A stretch of 64,000 nt of DNA. Source: a virus. The notes beneath the pieces were generated by a model. It did not search any database. It saw nothing but the letters and a program-made list of their open reading frames with translations, and was not told where the DNA came from. The stretch lies in the IMG/VR virus record IMGVR_UViG_3300025117_000061, positions 1 through 64,000 of that record. One strand, written 5' to 3'. Made by a program: the position numbers and the translations under genes. Shown here one piece after another: positions 45,324 to 54,940 of this stretch; position 1 is the first letter of the stretch, and the number at the start of each line of letters is the position of its first letter.

Positions 45324-45620
45324 GTGGACGGATTCCCGCGCAATTGTACCATCTGTGGTACTCGAATACTTGACAAAGAACAATTCCATCGACACACAAG
45401 AATGGCCTCCCATATAAGGGCTCGAGAATCTATGGCGCGAAGAGAAGACGCGAGAAGAGATGCCGAAGCAAAGAACCTCCATGATAAATTAGAGCTGGCG
45501 TCCGCCCTTGAAGGACACAGTTTGTTTCCCGGAGATGAAGTGACCACGAGAGAAGGTCGGGCGTTTAAGGTGGACATCTATGGGAAACTCTTCGAGGTTC
45601 CGTGCGGGAGTGTTGGATGA
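45324..45620 (+). CDS. C2H2-like zinc-finger hypothetical protein
   Basis: CTIC...H....H. Confidence 0.5.
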   Translation: MDGFPRNCTICGTRILDKEQFHRHTRMASHIRARESMARREDARRDAEAKNLHDKLELASALEGHSLFPGDEVTTREGRAFKVDIYGKLFEVPCGSVG

Positions 45621-46325
45621 GAATAAGGTGACATCATGCCAGAATGCAGCGCAGTCCACATCTCAACGAAAGCCGGCTACCGTGAAGGCACGATGGTCCG
45701 TGTCGAGAATCCTGCGGGCCGGTGGATAGAGCGTTGCATTCATTGCGGCGGAACGTGGCTGAGCTTGCGGCCTGGTGAGTTTGAGAGGGAAGTTGAGAGA
45801 AAAACCGAGAGGGAGGGGGATTTTGACCGAGAAATACGAGCCGATGTTCCTGGAAGATCTTGTGAGAAGCGTGAGGTTCGAAAGCAGCGCGAGCCATGCC
45901 CCGATGAGTGCGGAGAATGTGGGGAGCATGGATCTGTCGTCAAACTCAGACATCATGGGAATGGACGATATTATTGACGAAGGGTTTTCTCTGGAAGATA
46001 TAAAAGGATGGCAACGGATGGCTTGCCTGGCATGCGAGATTGTTTGGGCTACGCCTCCCAATCCTGTTAGGATGAGTATGCCGTGTGCCAAGTGCGGTGG
46101 GATGGCTCACAATGATGGAGTGTTCTGATGGGAATTGAACAGCAACTTATAGATCTGGCCGTAAAGATGGCTACTCGAGCCGCAATGAATGGGGTGCCTC
46201 TTTCCGGAATGGTTTGGATTCCACCCGCGTCGGCCACCGATAATCCATTGGGTGTTTTCGTGGTGAAACACTATCAACCGTCAACGACCGAAACGCCGCC
46301 ATGGGATCAATGAGGAAGTGATACA

Positions 46326-46610
46326 ATGACCGAAGAACAACAACGGCTTCCCGAATGCGAAACCAAACCAGCCGGCATGCTTCAGGACGAAAAGGGCAAC
46401 GGCAGCTCCAGCCGACTCGTGAAGGTTATGTGGGTTGCTGGGCTCATTGGAATTCTGAGCATCGTGGCGTGGAGGTCCAATCCGGTGGTTGTTCCCGATG
46501 TCCCCTGGGGTATCGTCATGATTACGCTCATCATCATTGGCGGCGGGGCCGTGGGGAAGTGGATGGAACTTGGCGGGACTTTGCAGGGAATAATGAAAGG
46601 AGAGATGTAA
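46326..46610 (+). CDS. two-TM holin-like protein
   Basis: GNGSSSRL motif then two TM helices. Confidence 0.55.
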   Translation: MTEEQQRLPECETKPAGMLQDEKGNGSSSRLVKVMWVAGLIGILSIVAWRSNPVVVPDVPWGIVMITLIIIGGGAVGKWMELGGTLQGIMKGEM

Positions 46611-46611
46611 C

Positions 46612-46734
46612 ATGGCAAAAAAGTGCATGATGGGTGGTGGTGCGGGAATGCCGAAGGACAAGAAAATGCGGTCAGGCGGCAAGAAGAAGCAGGGTGGAAA
46701 GAAGCAGGGTGGAAAGAAGCAGGGGAAGTCGTAA
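46612..46734 (+). CDS. small Lys/Gly-rich basic peptide (40 aa)
   Basis: MAKKCMMGGGAGMPKDKKMRSGGKKKQGGKKQGGKKQGKS; AAGGAG SD. Confidence 0.55.
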   Translation: MAKKCMMGGGAGMPKDKKMRSGGKKKQGGKKQGGKKQGKS

Positions 46735-46738
46735 ACGA

Positions 46739-48595
46739 GTGAGCAACGACAACGACAACGATATAGCGATAAAGCAGCTCAACGAGTTTGCTGTTTTCAT
46801 AAGTTTCAAGCCAACATGGCTTTTGAAGCAATACTTACTTTTGCCTCATAAGTACGACAAAATATGTCTTTTCTGTGGAAATCAGGCAGGAAAATCATGT
46901 CTAATGGCATACTCCTATGCATTAAGGATGTTCGGGAGCCATCCATGTCCCAGAAAAAACCTTTTGTATTTTGAATGTGACAATGGCCACGAGTTCACTC
47001 GCCCAGCGCCATGGCCGGGCTTTCATACTTTTAAGTTGGAGTCGGGCCAATGTTTTTGGACGAAAAACGCCAACGTCCAGCCGAAGCCCATCCTCTTCCC
47101 GGTCAGCATGATATGCCCTGAATGCGGGGGAAAAATAAGGATACATAAGAGGGGCTCTCATGTTTTGCGGATGGCTTCGGAGAATCTCCCGGAAGATAAG
47201 GATGGCGAGGGTGAGGATAGCTCGGAGATCAAAAACAGGACGTATCCCGAGTTCAAGAAGTGGCTTCCTCCTTTCTTGGTGAAGAGGGATATCACGGCTC
47301 GTACCAAGTCCATGATCATCAGGAACATGAACAAGGGGGAGAAGTTCGGGGTTGGAGAAAACGTCGTGGTTTACGATGGCAAGGACATCGTTTTGGAGTT
47401 CATTTCGTATAGCCAGGGGGCTCAATCCGGAGCTGGGTCTCAGCGGGTTTCCGTGGCGTGCGATGAGGAGCCCGACCCGGCGACATGGGAGGAACAGCTT
47501 CCCCGTTTGTTTGCCGAGAATGGAACGATAGAGCTCTTCCTTACGCCGGCCAGGAAGATGACATGGACATATTCCGGATTGTTTGAGCAGGCCGAGATCA
47601 TACTCAGGTCTAAAACCATCCAAGATTTTTATCGAGGGAAGGGGGAGCTAGCAAATGCGGTTCCGTTGACGAGAATGGGCAACCATACCGGGATTGCCGT
47701 TTTCCAGACATCTTCGTATGACAACCCCACTTTGAGCCGTGAAGCCATAGACAGCAAGGCCTCGACTTATGAAGATCCGGAAGTGAAAGAGGCGCGCGTC
47801 TTCGGCATCTTCCACCAGGCTAGCGGCCGAATCTTCAAGATGTATGATCCCAAGATCCACGAGATTGATGAGAACGAGTATTTTCCTCATGGCATCCCGC
47901 ACTTTTGGACGCACGGAAGGGGGATAGACATCCATCCTCATGTGAATTGGGCATGTGGGGCGGCGTCGATGAGTCCGACGAATGAGATGTTTATCTGGGG
48001 GGAGTGCTGGCTTTCTCCAGATAAGTACACGACTTTGGATATTATTTCCGAGTTTGTGAGCCGATGCATGGACTATAGGTTTAAGATCAATCTCGTGGAC
48101 CCAGAGGCGAGAACGATCCAGAAGGACACCATTACTCTCCTGGACGATATCAACCGGATTTCGCTGGAGCTGAAGAAGGCGGGGAATGGGACCGGGGGTT
48201 ACTGGACTCCGTGGGACACCAAGGGGCTTGTGGGGAGGAACGAGATCAAGATGAGGCTCCAGAATAGTCGGCTGGTGGGGAGGCCATTCAATAATCTCGT
48301 TTCTCGGGATGGTGGAAGCAAAAGGCTCCCGACGCTTTGGTTGTTCAGGACATGCAGGAACGCAGCGGAGCACATGCGAAAGTGGTCGTGGGATGTATGG
48401 GCTGATTCCAGAACGTCTTCCATGAAGGATGCCAAGGACACTCCCCAGCAGAAGTACAGCCATTTGAATATGGTGTGGGAGGCGTTGCTAAAGAACCCGT
48501 ACTTCAAGGCGGGCACGACGAATGCTCCGGTTGAGAGGCACGAGGGACGGCAGTATTACAAGTCGGCTACGGGGATTGGTGGCGGCCGGCGATAA
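46739..48595 (+). CDS. terL: terminase large subunit
   Basis: Walker A GNQAGKS, Walker B ACDEEP, FLTP coupling motif, DNP, nuclease GIDIHP. Confidence 0.9.
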   Translation: MSNDNDNDIAIKQLNEFAVFISFKPTWLLKQYLLLPHKYDKICLFCGNQAGKSCLMAYSYALRMFGSHPCPRKNLLYFECDNGHEFTRPAPWPGFHTFKLESGQCFWTKNANVQPKPILFPVSMICPECGGKIRIHKRGSHVLRMASENLPEDKDGEGEDSSEIKNRTYPEFKKWLPPFLVKRDITARTKSMIIRNMNKGEKFGVGENVVVYDGKDIVLEFISYSQGAQSGAGSQRVSVACDEEPDPATWEEQLPRLFAENGTIELFLTPARKMTWTYSGLFEQAEIILRSKTIQDFYRGKGELANAVPLTRMGNHTGIAVFQTSSYDNPTLSREAIDSKASTYEDPEVKEARVFGIFHQASGRIFKMYDPKIHEIDENEYFPHGIPHFWTHGRGIDIHPHVNWACGAASMSPTNEMFIWGECWLSPDKYTTLDIISEFVSRCMDYRFKINLVDPEARTIQKDTITLLDDINRISLELKKAGNGTGGYWTPWDTKGLVGRNEIKMRLQNSRLVGRPFNNLVSRDGGSKRLPTLWLFRTCRNAAEHMRKWSWDVWADSRTSSMKDAKDTPQQKYSHLNMVWEALLKNPYFKAGTTNAPVERHEGRQYYKSATGIGGGRR

Positions 48596-48615
48596 CGAGC
48601 AAGGAGGGGAAAAAA

Positions 48616-48845
48616 TGAAGGCGAAGGCAAGAACGAAAGCAGTAGCGGTGGGAATGATTCTATTTTTTATGGCGTTATTGCTGGTGGGTTGCGCGACGAC
48701 AAGACCAACGGCGACAACCATTGACGGAGTAACGATGGTGACGAATCAAGCCAAGCCGCTCGAGAAAAAGAGTGATGGGCAGCATATCTTCGAGGATATC
48801 GTTGACATTGCGATCATGGCGATAACGATTCCGATTGTGTACTAA
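48616..48845 (+). CDS. lipoprotein
   Basis: LLVGC lipobox. Confidence 0.6.
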
Positions 48846-48858
48846 GAGGAGAGGGTGT

Positions 48859-49041
48859 GTGAAGACCAGCAGAGTCTATGATTATCATTGCAAACATTGT
48901 GGATACAAGGCAGAGTGCTTCGTATCCTTTGATTGCGACCCGGACGAACAGCATCCGGAATGCCCGTGCTGTCAAGGGAAAATGGACAAGTTGATGCCGG
49001 CCCCGGTGTGGTCGTGGGCTTCGGGGAGTCGAGGTTTTTGA
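48859..49041 (+). CDS. FmdB-like zinc-ribbon protein
   Basis: YDYHCKHCG...CPCC. Confidence 0.7.
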   Translation: MKTSRVYDYHCKHCGYKAECFVSFDCDPDEQHPECPCCQGKMDKLMPAPVWSWASGSRGF

Positions 49042-51056
49042 TGGCGAAGAAGAAGACATCCAAGCGCAAGTACGACGAAACCATTGAAGGGGCCATGTGC
49101 TCCGCGATGATGCATGAGTACGAGACCTGTAAGCAGAATCAGCGAGTGGACTTCGATGACTTCGAGTCGTACTTGGCCCTTCTCGATGCCGAGAGGACGG
49201 AGAAAGACTATGATTGGATGTCCGACATTCACATTCCGGAGTTCCTCTCTCACATGCTTACTCAACTCAGCATGGATGTGGATACTTACTATCAATCCAG
49301 GGATTTCGTGGAGTGCTACCTCCAGGACGAGTCAATAGAAGCCCTGCGCGCGTCGGACGCCACAAAGGAGCTTATCAACCGAACGTTGAATCAGCGCTCA
49401 TTGTTTCATTACCTCAAGTTTGTCAGGGCTCGGCTTTTGAACCGGTTGGACGGGAAGGTTTACGCCGAATGCTTGTGGAATCAGCAGAGCAGAAAGGCTA
49501 TCACGGGATACGAGGAGGTTTATCAGGAGCTCGATGTTGACGTTGACGGGAACCCGATAGAAGATCCGGAGACACAGGAGGCCAAGATTGAACTTGTTAA
49601 GAGGCCGGTTTACGGTGAGAAGGTTTTCATTGACCAGTTCGAGTATGAGATCCTTGATCCTCGCAACGTATTCACGGACAACTCCTATGTGTATTCGCTC
49701 CAGCAGAAGCCTTATGTCATAATCAGATCAGAAAAAACGCTGTCTCAGCTCAAGCGGGATAAGGACCGGGCCGGATATTTCAACCTGGACCTGCTGGAGG
49801 AAGTTGGGACCGGGGAAGAGACCGAGACGGCACGGGAGACTTACAACAAGGATGAGAACAAGGAGTACGCTCCTCCCAAGGGAGAGAAGAAATTCGACAT
49901 TCTGAAACGATACGGCGAGGATTGGTGCCTTGTAGATGAAATGGACGACATGGTCGGGCTTCCGAGTAAGGTGAGCCCTGGAGTTGACGAGGACGGGGAG
50001 CCGCTGGAGAAAGCGGAGCTCCATCACGTCATCAAGGAAATAGCCATGTCTGATGGAAGCAGCGGGACGTTGATCGCCTTCCATGTGACTCCGTATCTCG
50101 ACGCCAGCGACATTCCGTACATCCCGGTTATCCGTGGACTTTGCTATCCTCATCCGGTTAATGATGGAGGGTTCGGGGATGCTAAGCATGTGAAGGACCT
50201 GCAAATAGCCATCGACGACACCTTCAATTTGTGCCAGGACGGAACCATGCTGGCGACCATTCCTCTCTTCCAGGGGAAAGAGTTGAGCATAGAGGACAAC
50301 GATTCCCTCTTCGTAGAGCCGGGGCACATTATGAGTGTCAAGGAGATCGGGGACCTTCAGCAATTCCCGATCAGAACGGACATTGGTGGGTCGATGAATC
50401 AGTTGTCGATGCTGTTTTCTAAGATGCAGCAGTTCGACGCGACCTTCCCGACGACCATGGGGGACGTCCCGAGCCGGGCATCCACGACGGCAACGGCCGT
50501 GGCTGGGGCCGAAGGCCGGTCAAATCAGAGATCCAATTTCAAAGCTCTTACCTTCGAGCATACCTTTGACGATCAGCTTTATTGGATGATCCAGCAGATG
50601 ACATGGAGGTTCGCCAAACCAGAAACCGGGTACAAGCTCATGGGCCAGAAGGTTTTACACTTCGATCCCACGAGGGATTATTGGTTCAAGCCGTTATCCC
50701 AGGCGCTGGAAGGAGAGCAGAGCAAACAGGCCAAGATCCGCAACCTGCTTCAATTTATTCAGGCTCTTTCTCCATATTCTCAGCTCTATGCGAACGATCC
50801 TCAGTTCAAGGTGTTCATGAACTACTTGTTCGAAAGAAGCGCAACCTACATGGGTGACGAGGTTGTGAATGTGTCAAGGAAGCTCTTGAACCCCAATGTC
50901 ATGCCTCGGTTGCAGGCGCCTGGGGGAAATGGTCAGCAAGGTGGAGGACCGGCACTCCCCGGAGCGTCATTCGAGGCACCGACCGGGAATCAGAACGGGA
51001 TGCCGCAGAGCGATACAGAGGTCATGGCGAGAGCCAACGCGGGAGGAGGAATGTAA
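49041..51056 (+). CDS. portal protein (P22-like size)
   Basis: Position after terL, ~670 aa, TTATAV motif, Gln/Gly tail. Confidence 0.85.
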   Translation: MAKKKTSKRKYDETIEGAMCSAMMHEYETCKQNQRVDFDDFESYLALLDAERTEKDYDWMSDIHIPEFLSHMLTQLSMDVDTYYQSRDFVECYLQDESIEALRASDATKELINRTLNQRSLFHYLKFVRARLLNRLDGKVYAECLWNQQSRKAITGYEEVYQELDVDVDGNPIEDPETQEAKIELVKRPVYGEKVFIDQFEYEILDPRNVFTDNSYVYSLQQKPYVIIRSEKTLSQLKRDKDRAGYFNLDLLEEVGTGEETETARETYNKDENKEYAPPKGEKKFDILKRYGEDWCLVDEMDDMVGLPSKVSPGVDEDGEPLEKAELHHVIKEIAMSDGSSGTLIAFHVTPYLDASDIPYIPVIRGLCYPHPVNDGGFGDAKHVKDLQIAIDDTFNLCQDGTMLATIPLFQGKELSIEDNDSLFVEPGHIMSVKEIGDLQQFPIRTDIGGSMNQLSMLFSKMQQFDATFPTTMGDVPSRASTTATAVAGAEGRSNQRSNFKALTFEHTFDDQLYWMIQQMTWRFAKPETGYKLMGQKVLHFDPTRDYWFKPLSQALEGEQSKQAKIRNLLQFIQALSPYSQLYANDPQFKVFMNYLFERSATYMGDEVVNVSRKLLNPNVMPRLQAPGGNGQQGGGPALPGASFEAPTGNQNGMPQSDTEVMARANAGGGM

Positions 51057-51388
51057 TGGCCGACGCACTCCAAAGAGACAAGCTCTCGCAGTTTGTCCAG
51101 TCCTTCGGGAAGAAGCGGACGGTCAACATCCTTTCCACGCTGGGGAAGGGGCAGGCGTTTATTGATGCCATGTCGAGCGTCCCAGGCCAGCAGATCCTTG
51201 GCGAAGCGCAGGCCGAATGGAGTGCCTTGCTGGTCAAGATTGCCAAGCAAGAAGCCACCCCGGAGGATTCGATCAAGTTCAGAGTTTTGGATCAGCTCTT
51301 GGTTTCATGGGCTTCCAAAATCGCCAAGCATTTCGATTATGAGTTGAAGATAGAGGATCAGCTTAAAACCTACAAAGGCGGGAGCTAA
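51056..51388 (+). CDS. hypothetical head-associated protein
   Basis: Coupled to portal. Confidence 0.65.
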   Translation: MADALQRDKLSQFVQSFGKKRTVNILSTLGKGQAFIDAMSSVPGQQILGEAQAEWSALLVKIAKQEATPEDSIKFRVLDQLLVSWASKIAKHFDYELKIEDQLKTYKGGS

Positions 51389-51389
51389 C

Positions 51390-51548
51390 TTGGACGAGAA
51401 GCAAGTCACGATAGACAGGATAGTTGAGCAGATCAAGGTGTGGATGGACCGGAAGAAGTACGGAAACATCCAGATCAACTTCTTTGCCGGCGGGGTGAGC
51501 AACATCAACTTGAATGAGAGCGTCAAGGTAACCGAAAAGAGGGGATAG
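51390..51548 (+). CDS. small DUF2292-like protein
   Basis: KKYGNIQINFFAGGVSNINLNESVK. Confidence 0.55.
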   Translation: MDEKQVTIDRIVEQIKVWMDRKKYGNIQINFFAGGVSNINLNESVKVTEKRG

Positions 51549-51558
51549 ATAATTTTTC

Positions 51559-51707
51559 TTGACAACGGCAAGTAACCACGTAATTATATTGGCGTAACTC
51601 TAAGAAGGATACTCCTTCAAGGAATCCTTCGAGACTTATCACACAATCCGCACTCCAAGAGACTCCTATCAAGGCAAGCTTGGAAGCCATGATAGGAGTT
51701 TTTCTTT
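51559..51707 (+). promoter_or_regulatory. Promoter and structured leader of scaffold gene
   Basis: TTGACA at 51559; hairpin ACTCCTATCA/TGATAGGAGT covers the SD. Confidence 0.55.
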
Positions 51708-52607
51708 ATGCCACCCGAAGCCGCCAACGAAGCCAGCCAGTTGCAAGATCAAGACATCAGTCTCGATGATCTGCACCGGGCCGCAGAGGAAGCCAGATCC
51801 TTTGTTGAAAACGAACCCGTTGCAGCAGACAAGGAAGAAGAGATCCCCCGAGAGGAAAGGTCCGAAGAATTTCCTGTAGAAGCCAAGGAAGAGCCAGAAG
51901 AGCCCGCAAGAACCGAGCGCGAAGAAGAGGAGCCACCGGAGCCCAGAGACAACAAGGAACGGTCACAACTCGGGCGCAAGGTAGCCGCTCTTGAAGGAAC
52001 TCTCAAGGCCTACGAGCAGCAAATTCAACAGACCAACATGCTTCTGAATACGCTGTTGCAGCAAAACGCTCCACCCGCTCCCGTCGATCAGACCGTGGAA
52101 GGGGAGGATGAAGCCGAGTACATTCCTTCAACCCGCAAAGAGTTCGATGCTCTGCTCGAAAAAAGAATCAAGCAGATTCAGGAAAAGGAAACTCAAGAAC
52201 AGACCGCTCAAAGAACACAATACGAGACGGGGTATCTTTCGACGCTCACCAAACTTGGAGCCGAATCAGACGACTCTGCCCTGCATGAAGAGGCCTTTAA
52301 GCTTTCAACCGAGGCCGGTGCTCCGTACAACGTGGTTCGTACGGGAAACCCGCTCATTGATGCCGAGACAAACTATCATGCCGCGCAGGTACATGTCCTG
52401 AAACAAAGGCTCACGAGAGCGAAGAAGGATGAAGCCCCCAAAAACCCGCTCAAGGGAGATCCGCCGCGGGCTCCTCTTGGGGCACCTTCGGGGATGGCTG
52501 CTAAGGTAAAGGAGCCACCAAAGATCAAGCTTGACGACCATGCCAGGCGCGCGGCCATGAGGATGGGGCTTACCGACGCCGACGTATCCGACATTTTGGG
52601 AGCATAG
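51708..52607 (+). CDS. capsid scaffolding protein
   Basis: Acidic disordered N-terminus, coiled coil, C-terminal helix pair. Confidence 0.75.
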   Translation: MPPEAANEASQLQDQDISLDDLHRAAEEARSFVENEPVAADKEEEIPREERSEEFPVEAKEEPEEPARTEREEEEPPEPRDNKERSQLGRKVAALEGTLKAYEQQIQQTNMLLNTLLQQNAPPAPVDQTVEGEDEAEYIPSTRKEFDALLEKRIKQIQEKETQEQTAQRTQYETGYLSTLTKLGAESDDSALHEEAFKLSTEAGAPYNVVRTGNPLIDAETNYHAAQVHVLKQRLTRAKKDEAPKNPLKGDPPRAPLGAPSGMAAKVKEPPKIKLDDHARRAAMRMGLTDADVSDILGA

Positions 52608-52611
52608 GTTC

Positions 52612-53064
52612 ATGTCTTTAGGGAGAGAATACAGGCTTGGAGGAAGAACGCGCATCAGGCATGACGCCCGCACACTTCTTCTTCGCGGGAAAGATTCTCC
52701 CGGCAAGAAGGAACATGGTCGCTACGTCAAGTGTTGGAATTGCGGGTTTATCTGTGACACGGAACGGGATGATTTGGGGGGGGCACAGTCGAGAGCCGGG
52801 GATGGAGCGGAGTTTTACTATGCGATGTATCCGCAATCTTCCGGGAGTGACCGAGGCGTGGTTGCCACTTTGAGTCTGTTCGAAGAAGGGATGAGCGGTG
52901 AGTCGTTGACCCTGGCTTCATATTCCATGAGGCGAGGACATCGAAGGGGGATGCTTCTTGGTCCCGATGGATCGGAGGTCCCGATTGAATTGACGTATGT
53001 CTCGAAGGTAACTGGCGGCTGTTCTTTTTGCGGAACCAGAAATTATCGAGGCGATTTTAGATAA
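52612..53064 (+). CDS. zinc-binding hypothetical protein
   Basis: CWNCG...CSFCG. Confidence 0.6.
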   Translation: MSLGREYRLGGRTRIRHDARTLLLRGKDSPGKKEHGRYVKCWNCGFICDTERDDLGGAQSRAGDGAEFYYAMYPQSSGSDRGVVATLSLFEEGMSGESLTLASYSMRRGHRRGMLLGPDGSEVPIELTYVSKVTGGCSFCGTRNYRGDFR

Positions 53065-53075
53065 GGAGCATTTCA

Positions 53076-53894
53076 ATGGCTGAAGTAGTTTCCCAAAATC
53101 CTCAACTGATTTGGGCTCCGGTAGCCACCAATGCTGCGAACACACTCTGTGAGGGCTCCATTGTAACCGATGGGACCACGGGTGTTATTGCTCTTGGTGC
53201 TGCTGCTGGTGTTGGTGATACGACCGGGAAAAATGCAACTCTTACTACTGCGGGGGTTCCGCTGGGTGTCGTCGTGGGAACGAGTCGTCAGGAGCCTCTC
53301 TACAATTCTACCGCGAGGCGGCAGAGCATTGCTTCCATCATTACCAGCAATGCCAACATGACGGTGGATATGATGGGTATCGAGGGCGAGTGGGGGAACG
53401 ACAAGCAGGCGTATGTCCAAATCGCCAAGATCACCCCTGAAACCTTGCTTCGCGTTCCCATCTATGATGGAGCGGTTGGTACGGCACCCACAGCGTCTAC
53501 GGTTACGGGCGGGGCCAGTGCTACCGGCATGGGTTTCAACACGGCGGCTCTTGATTTCACGACCATCGCCAGCGTTACGACCGCATACTGTACCAAGGGC
53601 CTAAACATGGGATTGTATCGCACCCTCTCCAGTGCGAGTACCACGACCCATACGGTGACGTCGCCGTTTCCTTATGCCACGGCGGTCGGAGATAAGTTCC
53701 TGATTTCCTCTGTCAAGATGTTCGGGACTTCGCTTGTTCAATTCGACGCCACGTCTTCGTACATCGAAAATGATGCGGCTCTGTCCGCCGACTATTACTG
53801 GATTGACGTTACCAGGCTTTATCTGGGTGAATCCGGCAAGGAATACGTCGAGTTCCGGTTCAACCTTTTTCAGTTCATGCCCGCCTTGGCGTAA
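53076..53894 (+). CDS. capsid decoration/cement-like protein
   Basis: Thr/Ala/Gly-rich, directly upstream of MCP. Confidence 0.6.
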   Translation: MAEVVSQNPQLIWAPVATNAANTLCEGSIVTDGTTGVIALGAAAGVGDTTGKNATLTTAGVPLGVVVGTSRQEPLYNSTARRQSIASIITSNANMTVDMMGIEGEWGNDKQAYVQIAKITPETLLRVPIYDGAVGTAPTASTVTGGASATGMGFNTAALDFTTIASVTTAYCTKGLNMGLYRTLSSASTTTHTVTSPFPYATAVGDKFLISSVKMFGTSLVQFDATSSYIENDAALSADYYWIDVTRLYLGESGKEYVEFRFNLFQFMPALA

Positions 53895-53932
53895 CGGCAT
53901 CCCTGCCGCATGAATGAAAGGAGTAAATCACC

Positions 53933-54856
53933 ATGGGTAGCCCTGTAACAAGTGCCCAGTTCAGGAAGTTGGTCGAGGGAAAGGTTCAGCGGGTTGTGCG
54001 TAACACGTACGACCAGATCCCGTCCGTGAAGGACAAGATTTACGACGTCATCACATCCGACCGAGCCTACGAGGATTTTTATGGAATCACCGGGATACAG
54101 GATATCCCCAGGTTCAACGGTCAGCTTTCGTACCTTTCCATGTTTCCGGGATGGTACACTAAAATCGAGCCCAAGGAGTTTGCCGGCGGTATCCAGTTCG
54201 AGCGCAAGCTGTTGGACGATGAGCGGTATGGCGTTTTGACCGACCGGGCTAGTCTCCTTTCCGAGTCTGTTCGGCGTGTCCAGGTCAAGTACGAGGTTCG
54301 CCCCTTCGCATATGCGGCCACGGCGGCCTTCGATTTCACCACGTCCGAGGAGGGGGTGGCTTTGGCGTCCAATAGCCATGCCACCAAATCGGGAGTGAGC
54401 ACGTCGTCTGGTTTTGATAACCTGGGGACCTCTCCCATTACCAATACGTCCATAGCGACCACGCGGCTCACCATGAAGATGTTCCGGGACGATATTGGAG
54501 AGCGGTTCAACATGCCCGACGACTTGGTCCTGATTGTTCCGCAGACCCAGGAAGAGGCGGCATGGACCTTCGTCAAGACCCAATCCGGGTATCAAACGGC
54601 GGCTTCGGATAAGAACTTCCACGCTGACCGCTACGAGATCATGGCCCTCCCGTATCTGGACGACTACGATACGGCGAGTTGGGGTATGGCGAGCAAGTCC
54701 CTCATGAAGAAGTACATGAAGTGGATCGAGCGGATCAAGCCGGACCCCAATACCACCTGGGACTTCGATACCTTCATGCTGAAGCTTTCCATCTATCTGC
54801 GGTTCGCCAACGGGGTTACGGGCTGGAGGCACCTGTACTGGCACCAGGTTACATAG
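53933..54856 (+). CDS. major capsid protein
   Basis: 307 aa; TSDRAYE, EGVALASNSH, LVLIVP, WDFDT, R...G..GWR tail. Confidence 0.85.
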   Translation: MGSPVTSAQFRKLVEGKVQRVVRNTYDQIPSVKDKIYDVITSDRAYEDFYGITGIQDIPRFNGQLSYLSMFPGWYTKIEPKEFAGGIQFERKLLDDERYGVLTDRASLLSESVRRVQVKYEVRPFAYAATAAFDFTTSEEGVALASNSHATKSGVSTSSGFDNLGTSPITNTSIATTRLTMKMFRDDIGERFNMPDDLVLIVPQTQEEAAWTFVKTQSGYQTAASDKNFHADRYEIMALPYLDDYDTASWGMASKSLMKKYMKWIERIKPDPNTTWDFDTFMLKLSIYLRFANGVTGWRHLYWHQVT

Positions 54857-54940
54857 GTGCCCGTCTGTTTACGTGAACACTGCGGGGTGGTCAAGAAGAC
54901 ACCCCGGAACAAACGAGATATTCAATAGAAGGAGTACACC

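Noticed and set aside
53870-54844. 324-aa antisense ORF over the capsid gene (similar ones over terL and portal)
   Set aside because: Typical stop-poor reverse frame of GC3-biased genes.
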